Positions 9,226 to 19,092 of a DNA stretch of 64,000 nucleotides are shown one piece after another (position 1 is the stretch's first letter; the number at the start of each line of letters is the position of its first letter). The position numbers and the translations under genes were made by a program. Location: the IMG/VR virus record IMGVR_UViG_3300047560_001569, positions 3,627 to 67,626 of that record. One strand, 5' to 3'. The DNA comes from a virus. The notes beneath the pieces are model-generated. The model made no database searches. It was not told where the DNA came from and was given only the letters and a program-made list of their open reading frames with translations.

Positions 9226-9809
9226 TTCTTTTCCTGTGGTTTTTGTATTGGTTGTCCCAATGCACGTCGTATGTTAGCTTCTTTTCTTGTATCTTCTAAA
9301 TCTTGTTGCTGCCTTGCTTTTTGCATGGCTAGATATAACCTCACTCTAGCTGACTGAGCTTCTTTAATAGGTGTAATCTGATCAGCTTCTTCATTGCGTA
9401 AAGACTTACCAGCAGCTGCTGCTTTTTGATATTTCTTCTTACCATACTTTTTACGACCAATCCAAGCAGCGAGTGCAGCACTACCAACGGCTCTCGCTGT
9501 CTTGTCGAATCCCATATACTTTTCTTCAATCTGATCAACTTCTTCTTTTACTTGACCGGATACATAAGAATGGACAAACCGCTTTGCTGTTTCAGGAGTA
9601 AGACTGTGTTTCTTAGCGATTGCCATATGAGCCCTAACAATTCTTTCACCAAATTGATTGTGTCCCAAATGGCCAGCTTTATAATCAGCAATGTGTTTAT
9701 CCATCACGTTGCTGATACTATGATGCAAGTCAGACATTCCACCTTCACTAATTGAAGTGTCTTCCTCAACAGTCTTCGTTTGAGCGATAATATCTGATAG
9801 CTGTTTCAT
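9222..9809 (-). CDS. Putative internal head protein, modular
   Basis: MKQLSDII start; basic modules separated by ISE, VKEE, IEE and IKE sites. Confidence 0.5.
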   Translation of the reverse strand: MKQLSDIIAQTKTVEEDTSISEGGMSDLHHSISNVMDKHIADYKAGHLGHNQFGERIVRAHMAIAKKHSLTPETAKRFVHSYVSGQVKEEVDQIEEKYMGFDKTARAVGSAALAAWIGRKKYGKKKYQKAAAAGKSLRNEEADQITPIKEAQSARVRLYLAMQKARQQQDLEDTRKEANIRRALGQPIQKPQEKK

Positions 9810-9810
9810 G

Positions 9811-10728
9811 CTAAGCCTTTTTCTTTTTCTTTAATGGATGATTGCCGTGACTCATAGACTCCAATACTTCGAGTTCGGTAATAGGAACGCGCTTCTCGAT
9901 ACCATGTTCGAACATCACATCATACCACTCAACTAAACCATTTTCATCAGGCTCAGCATGTTGTGTGGGAATTGTTCTACCGATACCGAATGATTCATTC
10001 TTCACATGAATAGCACATTGGTGTTCATAGCTGTTCCCAGGCGTATCTGTGTTCTCTTCGACCGATTCCGATTTAACATCTTCGTTAGGATTCTTTTCCT
10101 TAGTCCACTTACGTGAGTATACAGTACCAGTAGATATCTTTTTAGAATCAAATCCAGCCTTCTCGCCAGGTTTAGAAGGAATATTGCTCTTATATGATTT
10201 CCAGTTGAAAGGAGTATTGTCTGATTTCTTTTCATCATCCTTTTCGCTGATCACTTCACCATCTAACTGAACCGAATCAGCCACATCTTGACTAATTTTA
10301 GATTTACGGTCCCGAAGAACTTTAAAATCATATGCGTCGATCTTCTTAGGATCGCCAGCAACAGATGCAATTTTCTTTTGTTTCGGCGATAACTCTGCTT
10401 CGACAATAGGAGCAACACCGCCCTTCTTACCATATGATTTTTGAATCAGAGCAGCACGTTCTTGTTGAGCTGCTTCTTGTTCTTTAATGGTACTATTGTG
10501 TACTTGTGTGATAGTATCAGTTAAGCGCTTCTTAGCTGCAACAGCAGGACTGGCAGTATAATCAATGTTCTCTGCAGCTAATGGACGTAACGAAGCATGC
10601 ATCTTACTGTACATTGGGGCTTCAGCAGCTGCTTGATCGGCAACTTTCTTGTTTGATTCACCAACTACTTTAGAGGCTGCATCAATCAAGCTTTGCGATA
10701 GTTTTAAGTCTGTAAATTTGAATGACAT
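9811..10728 (-). CDS. Modular hypothetical protein (putative protease-processed head protein)
   Basis: Short modules bounded by IVE, ISE and VEE; C-terminal HQCAIHV...WYDVMFEHG domain. Confidence 0.55.
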   Translation of the reverse strand: MSFKFTDLKLSQSLIDAASKVVGESNKKVADQAAAEAPMYSKMHASLRPLAAENIDYTASPAVAAKKRLTDTITQVHNSTIKEQEAAQQERAALIQKSYGKKGGVAPIVEAELSPKQKKIASVAGDPKKIDAYDFKVLRDRKSKISQDVADSVQLDGEVISEKDDEKKSDNTPFNWKSYKSNIPSKPGEKAGFDSKKISTGTVYSRKWTKEKNPNEDVKSESVEENTDTPGNSYEHQCAIHVKNESFGIGRTIPTQHAEPDENGLVEWYDVMFEHGIEKRVPITELEVLESMSHGNHPLKKKKKA

Positions 10729-10753
10729 ATCGTTTCCTTGTTATTGTTATTAA

Positions 10754-11299
10754 TTATTTATTAGGGCTTTGATTTGTGTTGAGGAGATATATTTTAACAT
10801 CCTCTGAAGGTGGTGCAGCCATTTCTACTTGTTCTTTGACTGGGTTGTTGATCGTCATAACATTCATACTAGAGCGCAGCATCCATGCGTGTTTTTGATG
10901 ACGGTCGATCCTAGCTTCAATGAAATTACCAACCAAACCATATAGATTTTGATCGCTAGCTAACTTATGTGCCTCATTCAGTAGTCCAATAATGGTCTGA
11001 TTGTCAGCATACAACTCACGTACCATCGATTCGATATCTGTAAAACCAGATGCAGCATCTGAGATGCGGGAAAGTACAGTAAACTCTTTTAATCCACCAG
11101 GAGCAGCAACATTCAATGCTCTGATTTGTTCGGCTGTTGTATCAACAGCTTCAAATAACTCTTCATAGAAGTCGCCAAAGAAAGAATGGAACTGACTAAA
11201 GTCCTTACCACGTACATTCCAGTGAAAATTATGTCCCTTAAGATATAAGGCAAATGTCGTTGCTAGCAACTCATTCATTTTTGCGATTAATGCTTCCAT
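10754..11299 (-). CDS. dps: Dps-family mini-ferritin
   Basis: HNFHWNVRG..F...H..F...YE....D..AE.IR and KHAWML Dps motifs. Confidence 0.92.
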   Translation of the reverse strand: MEALIAKMNELLATTFALYLKGHNFHWNVRGKDFSQFHSFFGDFYEELFEAVDTTAEQIRALNVAAPGGLKEFTVLSRISDAASGFTDIESMVRELYADNQTIIGLLNEAHKLASDQNLYGLVGNFIEARIDRHQKHAWMLRSSMNVMTINNPVKEQVEMAAPPSEDVKIYLLNTNQSPNK

Positions 11300-13336
11300 T
11301 TAGGCTCCTACCTTTTTATTTGCTGACCAAGACCAATTACACGACCACCAATTAGCTTTCCACTTCGGTCCTGGATTATCACAACCGTGACGTGCACGAT
11401 ATGCTCTACGACGATCTGGATCGTCGCGTTTAATTTCTAAGTTAGGATCACCAAACCCTAGCTTGATTATATTACCTTTATCATTTTTTACATACACAGC
11501 AAACTTCTTTGGTCCACCAGTTGTACGGAATGGTTTATTCAACGTGCGTCCTTCGTTATCATTTTCAAGCAATATATTCCATTGTTCTTCAGTCCACTCT
11601 TCATATATGTAATCCTCTTCAATTACACATTCGCTATTCGCGAATAGTGAACGAGAGAGCGCTTCAATAGATTCTACTAGTGATGGACTAACTGTATCTC
11701 TAACGCCACGATCCTCTGTTACTTTTCTAACATACTCTGTAGTCTTACGACGAATAATATCAGCACGTTTTCTGTATTTTGTTACTTCACTATCATCCAT
11801 TGTATCTTTAATGTTATCGGCGTGATGGGCACGTGGTTGTGCAGCCATAATATCTTGTGGGTCAACTGTATCCATATTGCGAGGTGTGCGCAAACCAGTT
11901 GACATGATACTTCTTAATGTGGGTCTTGTTGATTGTTCACGCAAATCGATATCTTCCTTGAATGCTTTACCGCCAGCAACATAAGAATTCAAACGATCAA
12001 ATGCATACTGACTTGGTGTTTTACCTGGTGGCTTGTTGCTATTCCATGCATTTTTACCGCGATTGAATACTTGCAGTAGTGTTTGATAATTAATACCAGA
12101 CGATTCAGCCTTCTCAACAATTGCTCTATTCTCTTTTTCTGTAATTACATCACCAATTAACTGATATGCTGCAGATACAACCATACGTGATGTTTTGTAT
12201 TTGTTACCAGTCGTTACAGATTGTAATCGACGTAACTCATCACCCTTCACTCTTGGTGCTATTTTAGCTGCTATCCTTTTGATAGCACCCTTCTTACGCT
12301 CAACCATTTTATCGATAGCAATTTTCTGTGAAGCAGATAATTTGGTATAGTTTGTACCTTGGTCTCCGGCGAGACGAGTGCGCAAGATGTTCTTTGCTTT
12401 CTTCATCGTGCGACGACTGAGAGCTACATTTTTTGCTAGACGACGGCGAGCAATCTCTCTTGCACGAGTCAACTTAGCTTTATTCTTTTTCATATTAACA
12501 GAGCGATGCATACGAGTAGTCATACCAACCACATTTTCATCGATCTGCTCTAAATCAATTTCCTCTTTTATTGCTTTAATATGATTAGCAATTTCTGTAG
12601 CATGTGGATGTAGTGCTTTTGGCAATCCAGCCTTAAACTTTGACATCTCACCTGCACGTGCATGCGCACGTAACTTTGTACCAGACATGCCTTCTACACC
12701 AGGCGCATCAGGATCACGTTGGCCTGCTGATACTACCTTGATCGATTTGAAATTATATAATTTACCCTCTCCAGTACCATTATACTGGTGGAGTTTATTA
12801 TGATATGCATCGACGCGATCTGAACCCGCAACCATCACTAAATGTTGATGACCAGCAGCGTGGAGTTTTGCAGCAGCTTGTAAAAATGATGGTTCATCTT
12901 TAGTCGAACCGTGAACTTTAGTACCCTTAGATACAACTTTATTGAGGTATCCAAGTTTAGCTTTTTGCGGAAGGGGATTATCAGACTTGCCTTCTGAATG
13001 GCTAGCAAAAATATGTGCCGTACTTCCATGCTCTTTAGCAACAGACTCTACTTTGTGGATTAATTTCTCGTGGCCGACAGTGGGAGGATTAAAACGGCCG
13101 AATGCCATCGTGGCTGTCTTTTCGTTTGCCTCGTTTACTGGTTTTTCTTGGGGGTTGATAACAACGTTATCGGCTGGATCACCAAGCATCGTTACTCCAT
13201 CTTTTTGTTTGATGGGTTTTGGTTCAGCGGTTGTTTGTTCAGGGGATGGAGCAGGTGGCTGTGCACCGCTTTTACCTAGCGATTGTACATCTTCGACGGA
13301 CAACTCTCCGTCAAACGGATCTTCTCTTTTAATCAT
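11300..13336 (-). CDS. Multidomain protein with cytidylyltransferase-like (HxGH-class) nucleotidyltransferase domain
   Basis: FGRFNPPTVGH, VAGSDR, MSGTKLR; followed by a Lys/Arg-rich domain and further small domains. Confidence 0.75.
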   Translation of the reverse strand: MIKREDPFDGELSVEDVQSLGKSGAQPPAPSPEQTTAEPKPIKQKDGVTMLGDPADNVVINPQEKPVNEANEKTATMAFGRFNPPTVGHEKLIHKVESVAKEHGSTAHIFASHSEGKSDNPLPQKAKLGYLNKVVSKGTKVHGSTKDEPSFLQAAAKLHAAGHQHLVMVAGSDRVDAYHNKLHQYNGTGEGKLYNFKSIKVVSAGQRDPDAPGVEGMSGTKLRAHARAGEMSKFKAGLPKALHPHATEIANHIKAIKEEIDLEQIDENVVGMTTRMHRSVNMKKNKAKLTRAREIARRRLAKNVALSRRTMKKAKNILRTRLAGDQGTNYTKLSASQKIAIDKMVERKKGAIKRIAAKIAPRVKGDELRRLQSVTTGNKYKTSRMVVSAAYQLIGDVITEKENRAIVEKAESSGINYQTLLQVFNRGKNAWNSNKPPGKTPSQYAFDRLNSYVAGGKAFKEDIDLREQSTRPTLRSIMSTGLRTPRNMDTVDPQDIMAAQPRAHHADNIKDTMDDSEVTKYRKRADIIRRKTTEYVRKVTEDRGVRDTVSPSLVESIEALSRSLFANSECVIEEDYIYEEWTEEQWNILLENDNEGRTLNKPFRTTGGPKKFAVYVKNDKGNIIKLGFGDPNLEIKRDDPDRRRAYRARHGCDNPGPKWKANWWSCNWSWSANKKVGA

Positions 13337-13383
13337 TTTAATTCCTGTTCAGGTTTGCCTTAGCCTATACTGATGGCGTCATC

Positions 13384-13391
13384 TATTTATA
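13384..13391 (-). promoter_or_regulatory. T4-type late promoter TATAAATA
   Basis: Exact consensus about 50 nt upstream of the 13336 start. Confidence 0.7.
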
Positions 13392-13398
13392 TTAACTA

Positions 13399-14589
13399 TT
13401 ATCCGCGGGTCTTATTGAAGTTGTTCTTACTAAATTCCGCACGATCGACAATTTTTGTCGGTCTATTGTTAATTGCAATCACGTGACCTTCTGGCTTCAC
13501 CTTCTTATTGCCAACAGAGTGGCCATAATCGGTGTGAGAAGAGAACGAATGAGCTAATTGATCTTTAGCTGTCTGCAAACTGTGATGCATTCCCCATAGA
13601 TGATTAAATACTTCTCTATGTGTTTCAACGTGGTTAATCATCTTTTCACCGGCAGCCATCTTATCTGCTTTACTGGCAGGAGTCTTTACTTTATCTGCTA
13701 GCTTTTGGTGTATCTCGCCCAAGTGAGAGTTATATCCTTTGGTTGATGGAGTATCCCCGGTACGTACAGTTTTATTAATGTAAGTCTTCAAGTGCTCTGT
13801 GTGTGGTTCTAAATGATGATAACCACCAGCTTTTTCAATTGCATTGTGATGCTCTTCAGCCTTAGCCATGTGCTGTTTAAAGGTTGCTTGTTGTTCGGGC
13901 GTGTACTTACTCTTACCAATGTCATGCGTGACGTCCATCAGATGAACATCTTTATGACTTCCGAATCCTGCATGCCCCGTATTATACTGTGCTTTCATCT
14001 TTTCAAATGAAGGACCATGATATGCAGTATGGACGGCTACACCAATCTTCGAATCAGCTACCTTTTCAGCCTCACCTGGTTTCTTGGTAGAATATGTGAT
14101 AGTGTTTGGTGTGAAGTGGGCTTGTCCACCACGTATCTTAACATCACCATGTGGATTGGATTTACTTTGTACACCACTGTGCATTACGTCGCCTTGGTAT
14201 ACTCCTTCTTTCGGAGTCACTTTTGGTAGATGTTTCAAAGCTGCTGATAATTTTGATACTAAACCAGGTGCATGACCATGATTGGCTTCAATATCTTTTT
14301 CAGTATAATTTAATTTGGGATTCTTGTTGAATGCAGACTTGGAAGCGACAAAGAACTTACCTGTCTCAGGATGATGTCCAAACACAATAGAAGGTGAACC
14401 ATCGTACTTCGTCGTAACAGTTGCATTAGTTTGTTTACCAAGTAATGCATTGTGACCGGCCATCAATGTTTTCTTAGCATGTTGAAACCCAGCAGCACCA
14501 GCATTTATTGGATGGTCTTCTGCATGCTCTAAATGAGTCAGTTTATCCTCATTTGTAGATTCAATGATGTATGTCTGAAACTTTCTCAT
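13399..14589 (-). CDS. ATP-dependent ligase-like (KxDG) nucleotidyltransferase, His-rich
   Basis: TTKYDGS (motif I), YQGD, PEGHV, KIV; N-terminus MRKFQTYIIE. Confidence 0.6.
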   Translation of the reverse strand: MRKFQTYIIESTNEDKLTHLEHAEDHPINAGAAGFQHAKKTLMAGHNALLGKQTNATVTTKYDGSPSIVFGHHPETGKFFVASKSAFNKNPKLNYTEKDIEANHGHAPGLVSKLSAALKHLPKVTPKEGVYQGDVMHSGVQSKSNPHGDVKIRGGQAHFTPNTITYSTKKPGEAEKVADSKIGVAVHTAYHGPSFEKMKAQYNTGHAGFGSHKDVHLMDVTHDIGKSKYTPEQQATFKQHMAKAEEHHNAIEKAGGYHHLEPHTEHLKTYINKTVRTGDTPSTKGYNSHLGEIHQKLADKVKTPASKADKMAAGEKMINHVETHREVFNHLWGMHHSLQTAKDQLAHSFSSHTDYGHSVGNKKVKPEGHVIAINNRPTKIVDRAEFSKNNFNKTRG

Positions 14590-15569
14590 GCCTTAGCCTT
14601 TAGAGTACCAAACTTAAAGTTTGCTTGTGGACTTAGGAAAGATCCGTGTGTAGTTCTATGCTCAGTCGTCGCAATATGCTGTCCATGTTCATTATGGAAG
14701 TGTACCAAATTATTCTTTACAGTAGCATGCAGCGACTTAGCTGAGTTTATTGCTTTGACGTGTTCCATCTCATGGTGAGGCGTTGACGAACCGCCCTTCT
14801 CACCTTTGACATAGTGGTATGGTAAATCGGGGGTAGCTTTAAGAAAGTGTAGTAAGTGTTGCTGCTGTTGTGCATGGGAAGCTGTATTAAATGCGGCAGC
14901 GTGAGCTGTAGCAGATTTACGTTGCGTTGTCTGATTGTGAGCTATAATTTCTGGATTCTTTTTGACTGCTTTAATTTCTGCACTAGACTTACCAGTCAAC
15001 CCAGCATTCTTTTTGCCACGAGTCCAGGTTGCAGATGTTTTCGTATTCATTCCGTGGCTGGCACTAATACGTTCAAAAGAACCAGCAGCATTATTAGATG
15101 CAGTACCACTTGTTGCCTTCAACGAGGCACCATGTAAGAAGTTCTTTTTACCTTTAGCGCCCTTAACGATTAGATCATGGGGATTGCTTGGACGATCAAC
15201 CTGACGTCCAATATGTGTATCAATTCCTTGATTTGTGTGATGGACTTGCTGGATGTGTTCCGGCTTGATACCTTCATGCTTTTGCAAGCTATTCAAATAT
15301 GCTGAACCAGAAGCATGAGCTGCTTGAAGTGCTTTATGTGCTTTATCAGAGGGTAAAGAAGCGATTGCCGCATTGTGCTTCTTACGAAGAGCACCGATCG
15401 ATGCTTGATATTCTCTATCTTTATTATGTTTGGCGGCACTATTATCGTGGATATGTAAAACTGTACCTGTCTCATAAGCATCACCATATACTGTATTGTG
15501 CTTACTGTCCTCGATAATGAATTCTTCGTTGAGGAAGCTCTCGCTAATATAGCTCTTAAATTTTAACAT
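14586..15569 (-). CDS. His-rich protein, possible PD-(D/E)xK nuclease fold
   Basis: GDAYE...PHDLIV...GASLK pattern; N-terminus MLKFKSYISE. Confidence 0.45.
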   Translation of the reverse strand: MLKFKSYISESFLNEEFIIEDSKHNTVYGDAYETGTVLHIHDNSAAKHNKDREYQASIGALRKKHNAAIASLPSDKAHKALQAAHASGSAYLNSLQKHEGIKPEHIQQVHHTNQGIDTHIGRQVDRPSNPHDLIVKGAKGKKNFLHGASLKATSGTASNNAAGSFERISASHGMNTKTSATWTRGKKNAGLTGKSSAEIKAVKKNPEIIAHNQTTQRKSATAHAAAFNTASHAQQQQHLLHFLKATPDLPYHYVKGEKGGSSTPHHEMEHVKAINSAKSLHATVKNNLVHFHNEHGQHIATTEHRTTHGSFLSPQANFKFGTLKAKA

Positions 15570-15618
15570 CGTTACCCCTGTATGTTTTTAAATATCAGCA
15601 GGTATTTAGCTAAGTTGA

Positions 15619-15831
15619 TCACAGACGGAAAACCATAGCATTGTAGACCAATGGTTTATTTTCTCGGAAATGTTCTTCCAACATCTCAATGACATATGCT
15701 TCATCTTCCCTGCCTTTGACCTCTAGATCCTCTTTGGCAGCTTTGAGGAACTTGACTAGTGTCATTGCGTTAATCTTATCCCCACCATCCATCGGTGCAA
15801 TCTTACTACTGCTCACTCTCTGGTACATCAT
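15619..15831 (-). CDS. Hypothetical protein
   Basis: GGAG RBS, co-directional ORF. Confidence 0.55.
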   Translation of the reverse strand: MMYQRVSSSKIAPMDGGDKINAMTLVKFLKAAKEDLEVKGREDEAYVIEMLEEHFRENKPLVYNAMVFRL

Positions 15832-16069
15832 AATCTCCATAAACAACGTCTGTGAAAAACAGATGAGCATCTATCTCACTATCAAAGTATCTCACAATAC
15901 AACGAGTTGTAGCAACATTAAAAAGGATAAGATTAATTGTTTTGTTGTTTAGTACACTGAGCTGTACAACCCAGTCATGTATTTTGACCGGATCGAGAGA
16001 AACGAGGCGGAAGGTTTTAAGTGTCACGCTCTTTATCTGTTGTAGGAAAATGGTGTCCAAATGCTTCAC
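15806..16069 (-). CDS. Hypothetical protein
   Basis: Fills the gap between neighbours; true start probably GTG near 16027. Confidence 0.5.
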   Translation of the reverse strand: MKHLDTIFLQQIKSVTLKTFRLVSLDPVKIHDWVVQLSVLNNKTINLILFNVATTRCIVRYFDSEIDAHLFFTDVVYGDYDVPESEQ

Positions 16070-16511
16070 AAAAGCGAAGGTATAGACCTTTTTCTCTACC
16101 GTGGGCTTCTATTTCCCATGGTGAGTCCCAATAATCTAACGATTTAGGAACACGTATTCCCTTCCACGTGTTCATATGTTCGTCAATTTCACCTAGTGCA
16201 TATTGTTTCAAATGGACACATTCGTGCGCCAATGTCATTAATTTGTATCTTTGAGATGGGTTGTTTTGAACCTCAATCTCAAACTCACGAGCACGTTTTT
16301 GAGAGTTATATCCAGCAACACTACAATAACCATCAGCTCCTTCATCCAGCTTTTTACGGAATGTTAGATCGATTGCAATACTGTTAATAATTCTGCGAGG
16401 TAAAAGTTTATGAAGGTAGAAATCCACTGCATCTTCTATAAGAGCTATTTCACGCTTGGTTTTAATTCCAGATATACCTATTTCCATATACCTCATTTTA
16501 CAAGTTCTCAT
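16017..16511 (-). CDS. Putative zinc metallopeptidase-like protein
   Basis: TLAHECVHLKQ (HExxH) and PWEIEA. Confidence 0.7.
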   Translation of the reverse strand: MRTCKMRYMEIGISGIKTKREIALIEDAVDFYLHKLLPRRIINSIAIDLTFRKKLDEGADGYCSVAGYNSQKRAREFEIEVQNNPSQRYKLMTLAHECVHLKQYALGEIDEHMNTWKGIRVPKSLDYWDSPWEIEAHGREKGLYLRFCEAFGHHFPTTDKERDT

Positions 16512-16693
16512 ACTTACCTACGCGTTCAACTAATATAATATCTACCCACTTCTATGTATATCATCTAAGAGTTCTCGAAGATCTTCCCAAACCTCTAAAG
16601 GTAATTCTAACAACATAGTTATACAAACAAGAAGTGATATACACAGTCTAATTGGAAATACTACAACCCAAGCTCCGAGTATGGTGAAGAAGT

Positions 16694-18079
16694 TCAATTG
16701 AATCCTTTAAACTTGTCTTTATCAAACTTACGTTCATTGACAAGTCGTTTACCAGTATCGGTATTATCGAACGCTGGACCATCGTCTATAATATCATTTT
16801 GAGCATGTTGTTCTACATCATACAACTTCATTTTAGCCCGATCGACCCCAATAACAAACTTACGGTTACTGCTCGGATCTGCATAACGGTTTTTCAGTTG
16901 CTTAACTAACATTTGGTTTAGGTCTTGGAGTTCGTCTGTTGAGATGAGGGCGAGCATGAAGTCTGCTGTTGCTGGGAGTCCAAACGATTCGCTCGTATCT
17001 TCGAGTCCAATGTCTGAACTTGAAAATCCAGAACGAGTAGTTTGAGTCGCACTGACAATCGGTACATCGCACTCGACCGCCAGACCACGTAACTCCTCCG
17101 CAATCGCCTTAATGTATGTGTAAGAGTTGACATTCGCACCATGTTTAATCCTTGATGAAGCACATATATTCAAATAATCGATATAAATGATTTCAGGTTT
17201 AAAGTTGCGCTTTATCTTCAACTCATTTAATAAATGTCTAAAATTAGCTGAGCCAGCAGAAGACGTTGGGTATTCTTTAATAATCAACTTGCCTTTTGTA
17301 TTATCCCTGACTCGTTCCATCCTTTTCTGATATACGTCCTTCGGCAAAAACTCAATCTCATCCAGAGTAATATTCATTAGGTTGGCATCAATACGTTCAG
17401 CAATACGCTCTTCTGCCATCTCCATAGTGATGTAGAGTACATTCTGCCCTTTTGTTAAATTGGCAGCAGCACAATGGCACATAAACAACGACTTACCAAC
17501 ACCAGTACCAGCAAGTATAATGTTTAGCGTTTTAGTTGGCAATCCGCCCTTTGTTATTCGATTGAGATAATCGAGATCGAATGGTACTCGCTTTTCCTTT
17601 TTATGATAGAAGTCATACCGAGTATCAGAATCATCTAAGAAGTCGTGACCAATGTGTGTATCGAACGATACAGCTAATGCGTCAGATAGAATTTGCGGGA
17701 TTGCACCTTTGTCGTTTTTACTCTTGCCATCCATAATACTAATGCTTTGGTATATCGCATTGAAGATAGCCTTATCCTGACAAAACTTCTCCGTCTCGTC
17801 TAACAACCATTGTAAGTCAGTTTCAATATCCTCAATAGCATTAACTTGTTGCTGTAGTTTAACACATTCATCTTCATTAATAGAAGATACACTATCAATC
17901 TCAATCAATAGTGCTTGTTTTGAAGGCAGCTTATTATACTTGTTAACAAACTGTTCAATAATGCTATAAAGTACTTTGTCTAGGCGATTTTGAAAGTATT
18001 CGGACTTTATAAACGGTAGTGCCTTTCTAGCATATTGCTCATTGCCAATCAGATTGGCGAAAATCACTTGTTCAATCAT
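16694..18079 (-). CDS. gp41: Replicative helicase (T4 gp41)
   Basis: Walker A AGTGVGKS; ITMEMAEE; IDYLNI; ATQTTR; KQLKNRY. Confidence 0.97.
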   Translation of the reverse strand: MIEQVIFANLIGNEQYARKALPFIKSEYFQNRLDKVLYSIIEQFVNKYNKLPSKQALLIEIDSVSSINEDECVKLQQQVNAIEDIETDLQWLLDETEKFCQDKAIFNAIYQSISIMDGKSKNDKGAIPQILSDALAVSFDTHIGHDFLDDSDTRYDFYHKKEKRVPFDLDYLNRITKGGLPTKTLNIILAGTGVGKSLFMCHCAAANLTKGQNVLYITMEMAEERIAERIDANLMNITLDEIEFLPKDVYQKRMERVRDNTKGKLIIKEYPTSSAGSANFRHLLNELKIKRNFKPEIIYIDYLNICASSRIKHGANVNSYTYIKAIAEELRGLAVECDVPIVSATQTTRSGFSSSDIGLEDTSESFGLPATADFMLALISTDELQDLNQMLVKQLKNRYADPSSNRKFVIGVDRAKMKLYDVEQHAQNDIIDDGPAFDNTDTGKRLVNERKFDKDKFKGFN

Positions 18080-19092
18080 ACAGACCCGTAACTATATTCC
18101 TTTTGTGCAGCTTCTTCTAACTTAGCCATTATTTCTGGTGTGTATACATCTTCTGGATGCTCGTTGATGTACTTACCAAATACTTTACGTCCATCAGGCA
18201 ACTCATATCGAGTAGATACTTTTTTAAAGATTTCATACTTCTCAGCTAAGTCTACTAGTCCGTAGTAGCGGTCGAGACCTTTGTCGTAAGTAAGTAACAC
18301 TTCAACTCGTCCGTTCTCTTTTGAGAGACGAGACTTTGCCATGTTGATTTTAATGATGTTTCCGATAACTTCGGTGCCGTCTTTTTCTTTCCTTTTCGAG
18401 AGGAACGCAATAGTGCTGGCAGCGTACTTGAGTCCTGTACCTCCGCCCATTTCTTTTGTTGGGACATATGAACCGATTACCTCATAAACGTGGTTGGTAA
18501 CTAACAAAGGCACTTTGACCCTTGCCAACTTAAGAGTGAGGACTCGGAACGCCGCTTTAATGACTTGAGATTTAGTCATATCACGAGTTTCCTTGCCCTC
18601 ACCGATATCCTCAACCTCTTTCGTTGTAGAAAGAAGGCCGAGAGAATCCAAGACCATCATCATTGGTGGTCGTTTATCTTCTGCTGTCTTTTCATATGAT
18701 TCTAACACCTTCATAGCATGAGTGCGGAACTTTTGTATTGTATCTGGCTCTGATATGATAACCCGCTTAGTATCAATACCGCGAGCTTCCATCATTCCTT
18801 TTGTGACTGCGGCTTCCGTGTCATAGTATACGCATCCGGCGTCTGGGTGGGCGTCGAGGAATGATTTGACGACCCCAAGTACGAAGTAAGTTTTACCAGT
18901 AGCGGACTCTCCTGCAAATGCAGTAACCTTATTATTAGGTACGCCACCATAGAGGCTACCTGAGAGAGCAGCATTGAGGATGTAGCTACCAGTATCAATA
19001 CAACCGCTAAACTCAGCACTGCCATTGCCGTCAGCGGCCAAAGTAGTATCTTCATCTTTCATCTCCTCAACCAAATCTTTAAAAAAACTCAT
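18076..19092 (-). CDS. uvsX: RecA-like recombinase
   Basis: AGESATGKT, YDTE, LDSLG, TNHVY, GGTG. Confidence 0.95.
   Translation of the reverse strand: MSFFKDLVEEMKDEDTTLAADGNGSAEFSGCIDTGSYILNAALSGSLYGGVPNNKVTAFAGESATGKTYFVLGVVKSFLDAHPDAGCVYYDTEAAVTKGMMEARGIDTKRVIISEPDTIQKFRTHAMKVLESYEKTAEDKRPPMMMVLDSLGLLSTTKEVEDIGEGKETRDMTKSQVIKAAFRVLTLKLARVKVPLLVTNHVYEVIGSYVPTKEMGGGTGLKYAASTIAFLSKRKEKDGTEVIGNIIKINMAKSRLSKENGRVEVLLTYDKGLDRYYGLVDLAEKYEIFKKVSTRYELPDGRKVFGKYINEHPEDVYTPEIMAKLEEAAQKEYSYGSV

Noticed and set aside
16542-16697. Possible small TTG-start membrane ORF after gp41
   Set aside because: Plausible gap filler, but with no clear RBS or recognisable motif, so it is not listed as a feature.
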